This document shows, piece after piece, positions 36,491 through 45,996 of a stretch of 64,000 nucleotides of DNA. The position numbers were made by a program, and so were the translations under genes. The notes beneath the pieces were generated by a model. The model was not told the origin of the DNA, searched no databases, and saw only the letters and a program-made list of their open reading frames with translations. Where the stretch lies: positions 7,449 through 71,448 of the forward strand of contig CAZVFY010000003.1 of assembly GCA_964626635.1 (NCBI GenBank), written 5' to 3'. The first letter of the stretch is position 1, and every line of letters begins with the position of its first letter. Source of the DNA: an uncultured Candidatus Saccharibacteria bacterium. Its GTDB lineage: Bacteria; Patescibacteriota; Minisyncoccia; Phycocordibacterales; UBA918.

Positions 36491-37873
36491 AAGGAGGATA
36501 CGCACTTGTTCGATCTCATCTTTTAGTTCGTGGTCGGTTTTGATCTCGTTTTTGATTTTTTCACACGAGTGGATAACGGTGGTGTGGTCGCGTCCGCCTA
36601 ACTTTTTACCAATGGCTGGGTACGAAATTTGGAAATCTTCCCGAAGAATATACATGATAATTTGCCGGGGTTTGACAACTTCTTTGCGGCGCGTCTTTTC
36701 GTAAATGCTGGCGTGGTCGATGTCAAAGTATCGCGCTACTTTCTCTACCACATCAGTAATAGCTAGCGTTTTGCGTGGCCGAGAGCTATTTTTGATGATG
36801 GTGCGGACTTCATCGAGCTCTAACACCTTACCGAGTAATTGTGACTGGCACAGGATGTTATTGAGGGCTCCCTCTAACTCGCGGACGTTCCCTTCAATAC
36901 TAGCGGCGAGGTGCTCGATCACATCATCAGCCAGTACGAGGCTGTGTTGTGATGCCTTGGCGCGCAAAATTGCAGCGCGCGACTCAATATCGGGGGCAGG
37001 CAAATCAACGATCATCCCCTGCGCAAAGCGTGACTGTAAACGCTCTTCCATGCCGTTTAATAAGGCTGGGTGGATGTCACTACTAAAGACAATTTGTTTG
37101 TTATTGTCGTGAAGTGCATTAAAGAGATGAAACAGCTCTTCCTGCGTTTTTTCTTTTTGAGCCAAGAATTGCACGTCGTCCATGATCAAGACGTCGTACT
37201 GTCGGTACTTGTCTTTGAAGCTGTTGGCACTACCGGTCTGTAGAGAGTTCATGTAATCGACCGTAAACCGTTCAGAGGTTACATAAAAGACTTTCTTGCC
37301 AGCCTTTTTCACCATGTTCCCAACCGCCTGGATCAGGTGAGTTTTACCGTGGCCAGTTTTACCGTAGATAAACAACGGATTATACGACATACCAGGCTTT
37401 TCCGCGACGGTTTTGGCGGCTGCGTGCGCCAGGGCGTTGTATGGACCAACTACAAACGTTTCAAACGAGTATTTCGGGTTGAGGTTGTCGTTTTTGTTGA
37501 CGTAGTACTCCTCAAGCGGCAAGGCGGCGTTGACGGTTTGATTTTTGGTTGATTCTTGTTTGCGTTCGTTACGCTGCGCTACGATGTACTCGACACTGCG
37601 TACATGCGGGGTCAAATCGCGCAGGGTTTTAAGTATCAGCGTGTGAAATTTGTCCTGCAACCAGTCTTTGACAAAGATACTAGGCACCCCAATAGTGACG
37701 GTGCCGTCTTCGAGCGTGACAATGTGTGTGTCACGGAACCAGGTCTTAAAATTAGCGGTAGTGATTGAAAGTTCAATTTTGACCAGGGCGTCATTCCATA
37801 GCTGCTTTACGTTCACCTGTTCAGTTTTCACAATACTATTTGGTTTTGAAAGTGAAGTTAATACCGGATTCAT
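36485..37873 (-). CDS. dnaA: Chromosomal replication initiator DnaA
   Basis: LNPKYSFETFVVG, YNPLFIYG..G.GKTHL, DDVQF, NVRELEGAL, GGRDHTTV. Confidence 0.98.
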   Translation of the reverse strand: MNPVLTSLSKPNSIVKTEQVNVKQLWNDALVKIELSITTANFKTWFRDTHIVTLEDGTVTIGVPSIFVKDWLQDKFHTLILKTLRDLTPHVRSVEYIVAQRNERKQESTKNQTVNAALPLEEYYVNKNDNLNPKYSFETFVVGPYNALAHAAAKTVAEKPGMSYNPLFIYGKTGHGKTHLIQAVGNMVKKAGKKVFYVTSERFTVDYMNSLQTGSANSFKDKYRQYDVLIMDDVQFLAQKEKTQEELFHLFNALHDNNKQIVFSSDIHPALLNGMEERLQSRFAQGMIVDLPAPDIESRAAILRAKASQHSLVLADDVIEHLAASIEGNVRELEGALNNILCQSQLLGKVLELDEVRTIIKNSSRPRKTLAITDVVEKVARYFDIDHASIYEKTRRKEVVKPRQIIMYILREDFQISYPAIGKKLGGRDHTTVIHSCEKIKNEIKTDHELKDEIEQVRILLK

Positions 37874-37954
37874 AGATAGTAAAAGTATACGGCTAATGTA
37901 AAAAGATTCCAACGCTTGGCAGACACGCATAGAACGCGTTTGTTTTAATACCCC

Positions 37955-38010
37955 AAACTGTGGATTAGTAATGCAACTGGGGATAAATTGGGGATAAGTA
38001 GTGAACAAAT
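37955..38010. promoter_or_regulatory. DnaA-box cluster upstream of dnaA
   Basis: TGTGGATTA (37959), TGGGGATAA (37978 and 37989): each one mismatch to TGTGGATAA. Confidence 0.7.
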
Positions 38011-38104
38011 TGATTTATGTATGTACTTGTTGCTTTAAACGAGCACAACAGCTTGCAAAGCCAGGATATTTTGATATGGTTCTAGGCACACACAATAATT
38101 TCCT

Positions 38105-38254
38105 ATGCCAAAACGAACCTATCAACCAAAAAAGCGTAAGCGAGCTAAAACGCATGGATTTCTCGTGCGTACCGCCACGCCGAGTGGCCGCAAGATCGTC
38201 CAAGCCCGCCGCCGCAAGGGCCGCCACCAGCTGACAGTCAAAAAAGCGCGCTAG
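38105..38254 (+). CDS. rpmH: 50S ribosomal protein L34 (missing from the ORF track)
   Basis: Manual translation [49 protein letters not shown]. Confidence 0.97.
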   Translation: MPKRTYQPKKRKRAKTHGFLVRTATPSGRKIVQARRRKGRHQLTVKKAR

Positions 38255-38329
38255 CGCTTTTTTCGTAGTAATCGTGCTCACAATGGTGCGTGACGATCCA
38301 TTGCTGGGTACTATATTAAATTAATAGGT

Positions 38330-38665
38330 ATGTTCAAAAAGTCACACCGATTAACTCGCTCTGCGTTCACTACCACCTTCCAGCAGGGTAAACGGTTCCA
38401 CTTCCCTACCCACACCATCATTATTGCTCCCCACGACACCCTTGCTGTGGCGGTAGTGACAAGTAAAAAGGTGGCGCGTTTGGCGGTATTGCGCAACCGT
38501 CTACGACGAAGAGCGTACGCCGCTATGTGTAACGCTGTGCTGCCGCCGGCGCAGTACATTGTGCTACTTAAACCTACGTTTGCGGCCCTCTCGCGTCGTC
38601 AGCAGCAAGCTACTATCAGTGACTCACTTGCCCGAACCATAAAACCCAGTACACTGACCCCATGA
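38330..38665 (+). CDS. rnpA: Ribonuclease P protein component
   Basis: RL....F, V.SKKV...AV.RNRLRRR; canonical position after rpmH. Confidence 0.92.
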   Translation: MFKKSHRLTRSAFTTTFQQGKRFHFPTHTIIIAPHDTLAVAVVTSKKVARLAVLRNRLRRRAYAAMCNAVLPPAQYIVLLKPTFAALSRRQQQATISDSLARTIKPSTLTP

Positions 38666-39405
38666 GTTTTATTTGGCACACGTTTTTCTACGATCCGGTC
38701 TATAACGCCCTGGTATTTTTTATTAATGTATTCCCTGACGGCGATATCGGTCTAGCGATCATCGCGACAGTGGTGCTGGTCAAGATGATCTTGCTGCCTT
38801 TATCAATCAAGGCCGCCAAAACGCAGCGGATCATGCGCGAGATCGAGCCGCGCCTCAAGGCATTAAAAGAAGAGTTCAAAGACGACCGCCAACGCCAAGC
38901 AGCGGAAATGATGACAATCTATAAAGAAGCGGGGATGAATCCGTTCGCGAGCTTTTTGGTAATTCTTCTCCAATTACCAATCTTTATTGCGCTCTATTTT
39001 GCAGTCTCTAGTTTGGTCGACGTAGCCGAAGATGGTTTGATCAGTATCAATTTTGATCCAGATATCTTGTATACGTTTGTCGAGGTACCGGCTGAGGCGA
39101 CTACCCTATTACTTGGAGTGTTTGACGTTGCGTCGCGTAGCTTGCCACTCGCGATCCTGGCTGGAGCGACGATGTTTTTGCAGATGAAACTGACGCTACC
39201 GGTACTCCCGCCCAAGGAAGCTGGCGCCAAGCCAGATTTCAAGGACGATTTTATGCGCAACATGCAAGTGCAGATGAAGTACGTAATGCCGGTAGTGATC
39301 ACGGTGATCGCGTACCTATTCCCGACCGCTATCATCTCGCTCTACTTTGCGGTTAGCAATATCACTGCGATCGCGCAGGAGTACTGGGTGAGAAGACATC
39401 GGTAA
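38662..39405 (+). CDS. yidC: Membrane protein insertase YidC/Oxa1
   Basis: G.AII..T...K..L.PL, YK..G.NP, Q.PIF.ALY; canonical synteny. Confidence 0.93.
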   Translation: MSFIWHTFFYDPVYNALVFFINVFPDGDIGLAIIATVVLVKMILLPLSIKAAKTQRIMREIEPRLKALKEEFKDDRQRQAAEMMTIYKEAGMNPFASFLVILLQLPIFIALYFAVSSLVDVAEDGLISINFDPDILYTFVEVPAEATTLLLGVFDVASRSLPLAILAGATMFLQMKLTLPVLPPKEAGAKPDFKDDFMRNMQVQMKYVMPVVITVIAYLFPTAIISLYFAVSNITAIAQEYWVRRHR

Positions 39406-39410
39406 TCAAC

Positions 39411-40337
39411 CTATGATCCATCTACACACGTCGCATAGCCGCTTTGTGGATCGTACACTAGTTCAATAGCGGAATTTTCATTTGCTTGCGCGTACGCACT
39501 ACATATGCCCTCTAACTGAGATTCAAACCCATCAGGATAGCCATTAGCTGCTGACGGTACACCATCAGGCAATGGAGTTTTCACTGCAAAAATTATCCCT
39601 TCTTCAGTAACAGCGAGATCTTCTTGAATTTGGACTAATACGTTTTCTTCAACTTCATAAGGGTTAATGTATATAGGGTATCTATTTAATACGGAATTGA
39701 TGACATTAGAATTTACGTTTCCATCACCATTAATTAAGTTTTCTTCTACTATATCTAATGCAGCATTATCCCTTTCAAAACAGCGTATCTCATTACTGCC
39801 GGTAGAAGGTCTTTGAATTATATTACCGTTTAGTGCACAGTCTCTTGAGTAGGCTAATTGATCTTGGTTTGAAGCTGTTCCAGGTATGTATGAATAACCG
39901 TCTTCCTGAATAACAATAGCTTCAAAAGCTCTGACATTCTCCCTCACCACCGGTCCCAAATTCCTAGTCTGTTCAATATTTAACTCAAACCGTGTTAAAT
40001 CAGGATTGATCACCGTCAGGATCAAAACGGCGGACAGCACCAGCACCAGACCAAACACTGCCCCTTTGATGTCTTTCTTAGCATCTCCCTTGTCGGTGGC
40101 GATGTCGGTGAACATATATTTAACACCGGCAATGATGATTTTGATCACCGCCAGTAGCGCCGCCAGGCTGATAGCCAGACCATACACGGCATTGATGTAG
40201 GTATTGAAATCCGCATTCCCTTCTAGTCCCGGGATCCCGACCAGCGGCGTAAAGGTCTGTGCCCAGGCTAGGCCTGGTAGTAGCCAGACAGCGAGGACTG
40301 CGAGCGCAAAGGTTAGATGGTGGTGTCGAATTGCCAT
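39411..40337 (-). CDS. Pilin-like (TrbC/VirB2-type) protein with extended C-terminal domain
   Basis: Signal peptide, LAV..III.G..YM...AK..I..A.FGL.L.L....IL..INP CPR pilin pattern, Cys-containing tail. Confidence 0.75.
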   Translation of the reverse strand: MAIRHHHLTFALAVLAVWLLPGLAWAQTFTPLVGIPGLEGNADFNTYINAVYGLAISLAALLAVIKIIIAGVKYMFTDIATDKGDAKKDIKGAVFGLVLVLSAVLILTVINPDLTRFELNIEQTRNLGPVVRENVRAFEAIVIQEDGYSYIPGTASNQDQLAYSRDCALNGNIIQRPSTGSNEIRCFERDNAALDIVEENLINGDGNVNSNVINSVLNRYPIYINPYEVEENVLVQIQEDLAVTEEGIIFAVKTPLPDGVPSAANGYPDGFESQLEGICSAYAQANENSAIELVYDPQSGYATCVDGS

Positions 40338-41491
40338 AACGTGTTGTCTGATTTGTTGATAAAGTGTAGCACCTCGCCGGACTCCGTCAGCGTCGGGCGA
40401 ACGACATCGATCCTCTGCCCCGCTACATCAGACAGGTTGGACAGTAAACTGGCCGAGCCAAACTGCGCGTTCACTTCCCACAACGCATCCGTCGTCTGTA
40501 GCGCACCGCGATACCATGGGTCCGGCATAGCGCCGGGGTAAGACTCGAAACTGCCACCACACAGCGCATTCACGCTGCCGCGGACAAAGGTGCACTTTTC
40601 AGGAATAAACGAGAGTGGTGCGAGGGTGTTTTGGTCCGTCTCGGGGTCGTACAGATTGGTGGTGTACAACCGGTCAACGATGCTGCTGCTCAGTACCGCC
40701 AGTTCGTTACCAACCGCCGAGAATCCGTATCCAGATACAGGCAGTCGATCCCCGGCTCCGTCGGTGTACATGTACAGCATGCCTTCTAGTCGGCTGTTAG
40801 CTCGGGGATAGACATAATGCGGTCCGGCAGTAGATTCGTGCCAGTCAATGGTGATATCGCGAAGTGGTACAGAAAAGGCGGTACGGGTGGTGTTTTCCGC
40901 TGGATTGAACACTCGCACGATAGTCTCACCGGCATTAGCTACGGCATACATAAACTCGTTCTCGTCGGTAACGGTAAAATCAAAGATTGGATCTGTCAGC
41001 GCAAAGTTGACCAGTGATTCTGTGTTCGGAGTGATGGTGCCCATGATGTACTCGGTTTCGCCATTCCTGATTGCTTTTAACATGATGTATCCCCCATTAG
41101 GAGTAATAGCCGCACGCTGCACGAATGGAATGGTGGTGCCAGATAGACGGGTCCGCTCGCCACTGCTGGTATTGATGGAGAACACATGACCGGTTCCAGC
41201 TTGAGCGTAATATATTTGGCCGGTAGTGCTGGTACCGATACGAATACTTTGGAAACCAGCAACAGGATCGGTCGTTAGCTGTTGGAGGGCGATGGTATCA
41301 CTGATAGCAACTATTGGCTCGGTTACACCAGTTGGCACCGTTGCCCCTACGTTTGGATCTGTCACATCCGTCCCGAATTGTGGCTCATTAGGCACTGTAG
41401 GACTACTATGAGTTATCAATAAGTACGTCCACAAACCAATCAATAGCAGTACAATTAGTAATCCAACAATAATTAGCAATGATCGTTTCAT
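40313..41491 (-). CDS. Membrane-anchored beta-propeller-like exported protein
   Basis: N-terminal TM, Pro/Thr linker, beta-rich body, EKC...C motif, F.NK.D..LW end. Confidence 0.7.
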   Translation of the reverse strand: MKRSLLIIVGLLIVLLLIGLWTYLLITHSSPTVPNEPQFGTDVTDPNVGATVPTGVTEPIVAISDTIALQQLTTDPVAGFQSIRIGTSTTGQIYYAQAGTGHVFSINTSSGERTRLSGTTIPFVQRAAITPNGGYIMLKAIRNGETEYIMGTITPNTESLVNFALTDPIFDFTVTDENEFMYAVANAGETIVRVFNPAENTTRTAFSVPLRDITIDWHESTAGPHYVYPRANSRLEGMLYMYTDGAGDRLPVSGYGFSAVGNELAVLSSSIVDRLYTTNLYDPETDQNTLAPLSFIPEKCTFVRGSVNALCGGSFESYPGAMPDPWYRGALQTTDALWEVNAQFGSASLLSNLSDVAGQRIDVVRPTLTESGEVLHFINKSDNTLWQFDTTI

Positions 41492-41493
41492 AT

Positions 41494-42507
41494 TTAAAAG
41501 CGGAGAATCAATTGTTCCTCGTCACCCTGGAGTACCTGTTGTAATGACCGGACATGAAAACCAAGCGACACACGACGCTGTCCCGCTGGCTGGCGCAGGG
41601 TGATTAGGTAGGGGTTTTGGGTGTTGTTGCTGGTGGTCTGACTGTTGATTTGCCATTCTGATACATCGGGGTTGTTGTAGACGCGAATATCGAGATTAAA
41701 TGGCTCGGCTCGTACAGTCATTGTGTTACCAATCACCGTTTGCTCGGGGCGTAATGGTGTTTGTTGGAGGCCGTAAAGCGAGTGTTGCTCGTAAAATAGT
41801 AGCTCTGGTTCACCAATCTCGACCATTTTACCCGCTTTGCCGACCACAACACCGTTTAGGGTGCTAACGGTTACTGTCACCGCTACTCGACCACCACGTG
41901 GCGTGAGAAAGGACGTTTTATGTCTGCCACGAACTGCTCCACCTTCTAGCACTTGCTGGCCGACACGCCATTCGTACACGTGAGTAGCGGGATCAATAAA
42001 TGAACCATCGTTCACTATTGCGGTCACATTGACAACACTACTAAAACTAGGCAGTCCTCGTCCGGCGTACCAGTCAGGGACACGAGTTTGCGGTTCGACG
42101 ACAATATCGGTATAAGTCGGTATAAAAGACGCCGTGAGCGTCTGCTCTGTGCCGCTACCACGAGTGAGGGTGGCGGTGAGAGTTTGTGGCGTACCAACTG
42201 TTCCAGCCACAACCTCTATCTGTCTACGATTGGTGGCTGTTTCTATCAACACACCGTCGAGTCGCCAGGTTACTTGTGGCCCGGTTATGCCACTCGAGTA
42301 ATCATTTAAGGTCGCTGTCACTACAGTGCCGGGTGTAGGCCTAATCTGATCGAGTACGATCTCGTCAGCGATACCTAGTCCTAAGCTATCCGTTGCAAAT
42401 TGTCCTTGCGCGACCTCCGGCGTGAGCCAGGTGATCAGTCCGGCTATAATTCCCCACACCACCAGCAATACACCTTTTGATAGACTGCGAACAAATATTG
42501 TGCCCAT
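41494..42507 (-). CDS. Exported Ig-like domain protein
   Basis: Signal peptide; P.WY.GR.LP, YEW, AEPF motifs; in the VirB4 cluster. Confidence 0.7.
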   Translation of the reverse strand: MGTIFVRSLSKGVLLVVWGIIAGLITWLTPEVAQGQFATDSLGLGIADEIVLDQIRPTPGTVVTATLNDYSSGITGPQVTWRLDGVLIETATNRRQIEVVAGTVGTPQTLTATLTRGSGTEQTLTASFIPTYTDIVVEPQTRVPDWYAGRGLPSFSSVVNVTAIVNDGSFIDPATHVYEWRVGQQVLEGGAVRGRHKTSFLTPRGGRVAVTVTVSTLNGVVVGKAGKMVEIGEPELLFYEQHSLYGLQQTPLRPEQTVIGNTMTVRAEPFNLDIRVYNNPDVSEWQINSQTTSNNTQNPYLITLRQPAGQRRVSLGFHVRSLQQVLQGDEEQLILRF

Positions 42508-42564
42508 ATAGTATTACTAATAGTAACAGAGCGTTCTATCTGGATTTGGGCTCGCTGTGCGTAT

Positions 42565-44352
42565 CTACTGGGCCGATAGTTCGGCTCGCGCTTCACGAAT
42601 CTTCATCAGCTGTCCTGGATCAGTGGTAATGATTTGGTCTTCAGTGTAACTGGCAATGATTTTGATGGCCACATGCTTGAGACCCACGAAGAAGATACCT
42701 TCCCCTACTCCCGATTCGAGTAATAAGTATTTCTCCTCATCAGTTAGATTGAAAGTCTTTTGAATATTATCAATTGCCGTAGGCGATTGCTTCATCAATA
42801 GTTGCATGCTGGAGTTGGTGATCATCGGTACTCCGTATGGGCTACGTAAAAAGTCGTCCACGTCCTGCGTGATGGTCGCAATGCCGAGGTAGTATTTGCG
42901 GCCACGCTTGGCGAGGGAGAACAAAAACGAGGCCGTATCTTCGCTTTTCATCATCCACCACGCCTCGTCGATTACCATCAGGCGCTTTTTCAGATTGCGT
43001 CGGATGCTGCCCCAGATAAAGTGAGTGACGATGTACATGGCGATAGTCTTGAGCTCATCCTCCATGTCGCGCAGCGAGAACACCACAAATTTTTGATTGA
43101 TATCAACATTCGTGGATTTATTCATGAATCCGGCCCAAGTGCCCGAGGTGTACTTTTGAATGCGTGAAATGAGCGATTGTGAGCCTTCCATTCCAGCTAA
43201 CACCATTTCAAAATCAGATAGTAGCGGCGGTTCCATACCAGTAAAATCAACCTCACCGGTAATGTCTTTGAGGGCGTAGGTTTCTTGGAGGGCGAGATCG
43301 ACCAATGTCTCTTCTTCTGGTGTCAAGCCGCCGAGCATTAGTCTAAATAGTCCGATCATCTCGATGATGTGGGTGCGTAGCACGTCGCGCGGGTCCTCAT
43401 CACTGGCTGGCGGCGGTAAATCAAACGGATTGACGTGGTGGTTACTAGAAAGCGAAATATTAAAGAACCGACCACCGGTCGCTTCGGCCAAATACTCATA
43501 CTCACGTTCGGGGTCGAGCACGATTACTTCGGTGCCGAACATAAGTGAGCGCAAAATTTCTAACTTAAGGCCATAGGACTTACCGGCCCCGGAGGTAGCG
43601 AATGTGACCGAGTTATAGTTCGTCAGTGAATACCGGTCAAACAATATGAGCGACGAATTGTGGCGATTGATCCCGTACAAAATCCCGGTGTCAGAGGTTA
43701 GGTCAAATGAAGTGAATGGGAAGAAGCTCGATAACGGTGACGAGTTAAATTTGCTGTGCACCTGCAGGATATCATCATTGAGCGGAAAGACGCTTTTGAT
43801 ACCCTGTTCCTGCTGGAAGAGCGCCGGCTTCATACTGACTAACTTGGCATCCAAAATCCCCCGCAGATCATTCTCAACTTTATTGATTTCGCTTTCATTT
43901 TCACCGTACAGCGAGACGTAAAAGCCGACATTAAATAACTTTTCCTCGGCTTGTTGGAGTTTGTCACGCAAATCCTCTAGATTACGGTACGAGGCTTCTA
44001 GTTGCGGATCGCGGACTTCACCTCGTTCGGCCTTGGTCATAATCTGGCTTTGCACCTCGGCAACTTTCTTCTGGAATTTTTTGAGGGTTTCAGCGGTGTC
44101 AATCGGGTGAATGAAAATAGACACATCTAGTTCTTTGGCCAAGTTCAGTACCGGTTCGATCCAGCCGTCGCTCAGGTAACGAGGGTATGCCACCGCGTAG
44201 TACGTGCGGGCGTTAACGCCCGAGATATTAATACTGCGCGGTTTGATCTTGATCGCGGCCGGAGAGATCACATCAGTCAGTGTCAAGAGCTGCCCCGCCA
44301 AGGCCTCAGTAGTAGTGTCGGCGCTCGGACGCAAGAAATCAAATGTACTCAT
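42565..44352 (-). CDS. VirB4/TraC-like ATPase
   Basis: ATSGAGKS Walker A, DPEREY, IDEAW Walker B, KRGRKY...ITQ. Confidence 0.92.
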   Translation of the reverse strand: MSTFDFLRPSADTTTEALAGQLLTLTDVISPAAIKIKPRSINISGVNARTYYAVAYPRYLSDGWIEPVLNLAKELDVSIFIHPIDTAETLKKFQKKVAEVQSQIMTKAERGEVRDPQLEASYRNLEDLRDKLQQAEEKLFNVGFYVSLYGENESEINKVENDLRGILDAKLVSMKPALFQQEQGIKSVFPLNDDILQVHSKFNSSPLSSFFPFTSFDLTSDTGILYGINRHNSSLILFDRYSLTNYNSVTFATSGAGKSYGLKLEILRSLMFGTEVIVLDPEREYEYLAEATGGRFFNISLSSNHHVNPFDLPPPASDEDPRDVLRTHIIEMIGLFRLMLGGLTPEEETLVDLALQETYALKDITGEVDFTGMEPPLLSDFEMVLAGMEGSQSLISRIQKYTSGTWAGFMNKSTNVDINQKFVVFSLRDMEDELKTIAMYIVTHFIWGSIRRNLKKRLMVIDEAWWMMKSEDTASFLFSLAKRGRKYYLGIATITQDVDDFLRSPYGVPMITNSSMQLLMKQSPTAIDNIQKTFNLTDEEKYLLLESGVGEGIFFVGLKHVAIKIIASYTEDQIITTDPGQLMKIREARAELSAQ

Positions 44353-44375
44353 ATTGATCTAGTATACACCCCGCA

Positions 44376-45011
44376 CTACGATTGTGTTGCCGGTGCCGTA
44401 CCGGTGGTATCAGCTGGGTTATATAAATGGTAGAAGAGCTCTACTAACTCGTCGCGCCCGAGCGGCATGGTGCGGACCCCGACACTAGCCAGTCCCTGAG
44501 TCACGAGTGACGCGCGTTGTTCCAGTTGCAGTCGGTGTTCTTCAAACTGTTGGTCATCGGTATTCACAGCTGTCTTGGAGCCGCTGAATATGTTGGTGAA
44601 TTTATTGGCGACGTTTAGTTTAGTCGGTGAGTACGGCACTACAATAAAAAAGCTTTTACTCATAACATCAGTATCATTAGTAAAGCTTCTAATAAATTCG
44701 ATGTATTCCGCGAGCTGCACGCGCATCAAATCGTTATTTTGTTTACCTTGTAGATTATCTAATACTTCGAGATACGGCTCGATGTTTAACTTGCGGGACT
44801 GGACACAGATCTGTAAAGAGAAATCAAGCGTGTTCAAGAAATTTTGAAACTGCAGCAAAATTGCGCGCTGCTCATCGTAGGATTTGAGCGCAAAGTTAAT
44901 TGAAGACGCCAAGATCACCAGACACATCTCGCCATTTTTCTTAATTATCACCCCGTCTCGAATGTTTTTGATCGGGACAAAGTTCTGCGTACTGGTTGCG
45001 GTGGTGGCCAT
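44376..45011 (-). CDS. VirB4 N-terminal-like (TraC/TraE) partner protein
   Basis: TQ.FVPI..I.DG, SINF.L.S..EQ..I...FQ.FLN.LDF; lies between PrgI and VirB4. Confidence 0.75.
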   Translation of the reverse strand: MATTATSTQNFVPIKNIRDGVIIKKNGEMCLVILASSINFALKSYDEQRAILLQFQNFLNTLDFSLQICVQSRKLNIEPYLEVLDNLQGKQNNDLMRVQLAEYIEFIRSFTNDTDVMSKSFFIVVPYSPTKLNVANKFTNIFSGSKTAVNTDDQQFEEHRLQLEQRASLVTQGLASVGVRTMPLGRDELVELFYHLYNPADTTGTAPATQS

Positions 45012-45022
45012 AGTGCTGCGGA

Positions 45023-45442
45023 TTAGTCTTTTTGAAGAGCTTTTAATTCGAGATCTCTCGTCAGTGAGGTGATACTTTTATGAGTGTTGCCCCGGTTTTG
45101 TGAGTTCACAAGCGGGTTGCTATTTGCTCTATTAGAACTAGTCGTATCGCGATAGACAATCCCCTCTTTTTGCCGCCAGAGATACAGCCGACTGCTTGTA
45201 AAATAGGTCCAAATGGCCTCGAGAAAATACGAGAATGGCCGGTTATTGATTGGATAAAACGACAATGCTCCCACCAGTAGCAGCACCGGGATACTCAGTA
45301 GCACGGCTAGGAATAAGTCAAAGACAATAAACATGATGACGAAGAACCCGATCCCGCCACCGAGGTACACTGCCTGACGCCAGGTGAAGGGGCCGAAAAT
45401 TTTATCTTCGATATCAATGAACTGTGGTACCGCAAAACGCAT
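45023..45442 (-). CDS. PrgI family protein
   Basis: VPQFIDIEDKIFGPFT.RQ followed by two TM helices. Confidence 0.85.
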   Translation of the reverse strand: MRFAVPQFIDIEDKIFGPFTWRQAVYLGGGIGFFVIMFIVFDLFLAVLLSIPVLLLVGALSFYPINNRPFSYFLEAIWTYFTSSRLYLWRQKEGIVYRDTTSSNRANSNPLVNSQNRGNTHKSITSLTRDLELKALQKD

Positions 45443-45489
45443 ACGTTCGTAGTATATCATCCACGCGTGCAGCTGTGGCAGGGTAATTA

Positions 45490-45993
45490 TTACACGCGGG
45501 GGTTGCCCTCGCCCGAGCCGGATTGCCGACTACCGAGCAGGTCCGCCTGCGGGATACTGGCGTGGGTGTTCGGGTCTGCTGCCGCGGCGTGGTCTCGTGC
45601 GCGCCCGGCGTCACCGGCCATGGTGCGGATGGGTTGCAGCTGCGCAAGAGCTTGTTCCATTTCGGCAATTTCAGCGGCGGTGCTGGTGGCGGTGTGACTC
45701 GCAGGTTGATGTAATGGTTGCAAGAAATCAGCTACCTCAGCAGTGATCGTCAACGCCTCTGCATGTGTGATACCTAGTCTCTCGACTAACAGTTCTAGTA
45801 GTTTATCCTGTGGGACGAGACCGAGGATGACGTCGCCAACGGCGACGGCAAATTCTGTAATCTTATCATTTATTAAACCATTCTTTGCACCTAGATCAGT
45901 AAGTTTTAAACTGGTTTCCGAAGAGTCGTACATCTCTCTTGCAACCCCGGTTAATTGCTCATAAGTATTAATCCTTTGTTCGAAATTAATCAT
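45490..45993 (-). CDS. Hypothetical protein
   Basis: 167-aa ORF within the operon; VG.VILGL motif. Confidence 0.7.
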   Translation of the reverse strand: MINFEQRINTYEQLTGVAREMYDSSETSLKLTDLGAKNGLINDKITEFAVAVGDVILGLVPQDKLLELLVERLGITHAEALTITAEVADFLQPLHQPASHTATSTAAEIAEMEQALAQLQPIRTMAGDAGRARDHAAAADPNTHASIPQADLLGSRQSGSGEGNPRV

Positions 45994-45996
45994 ACG

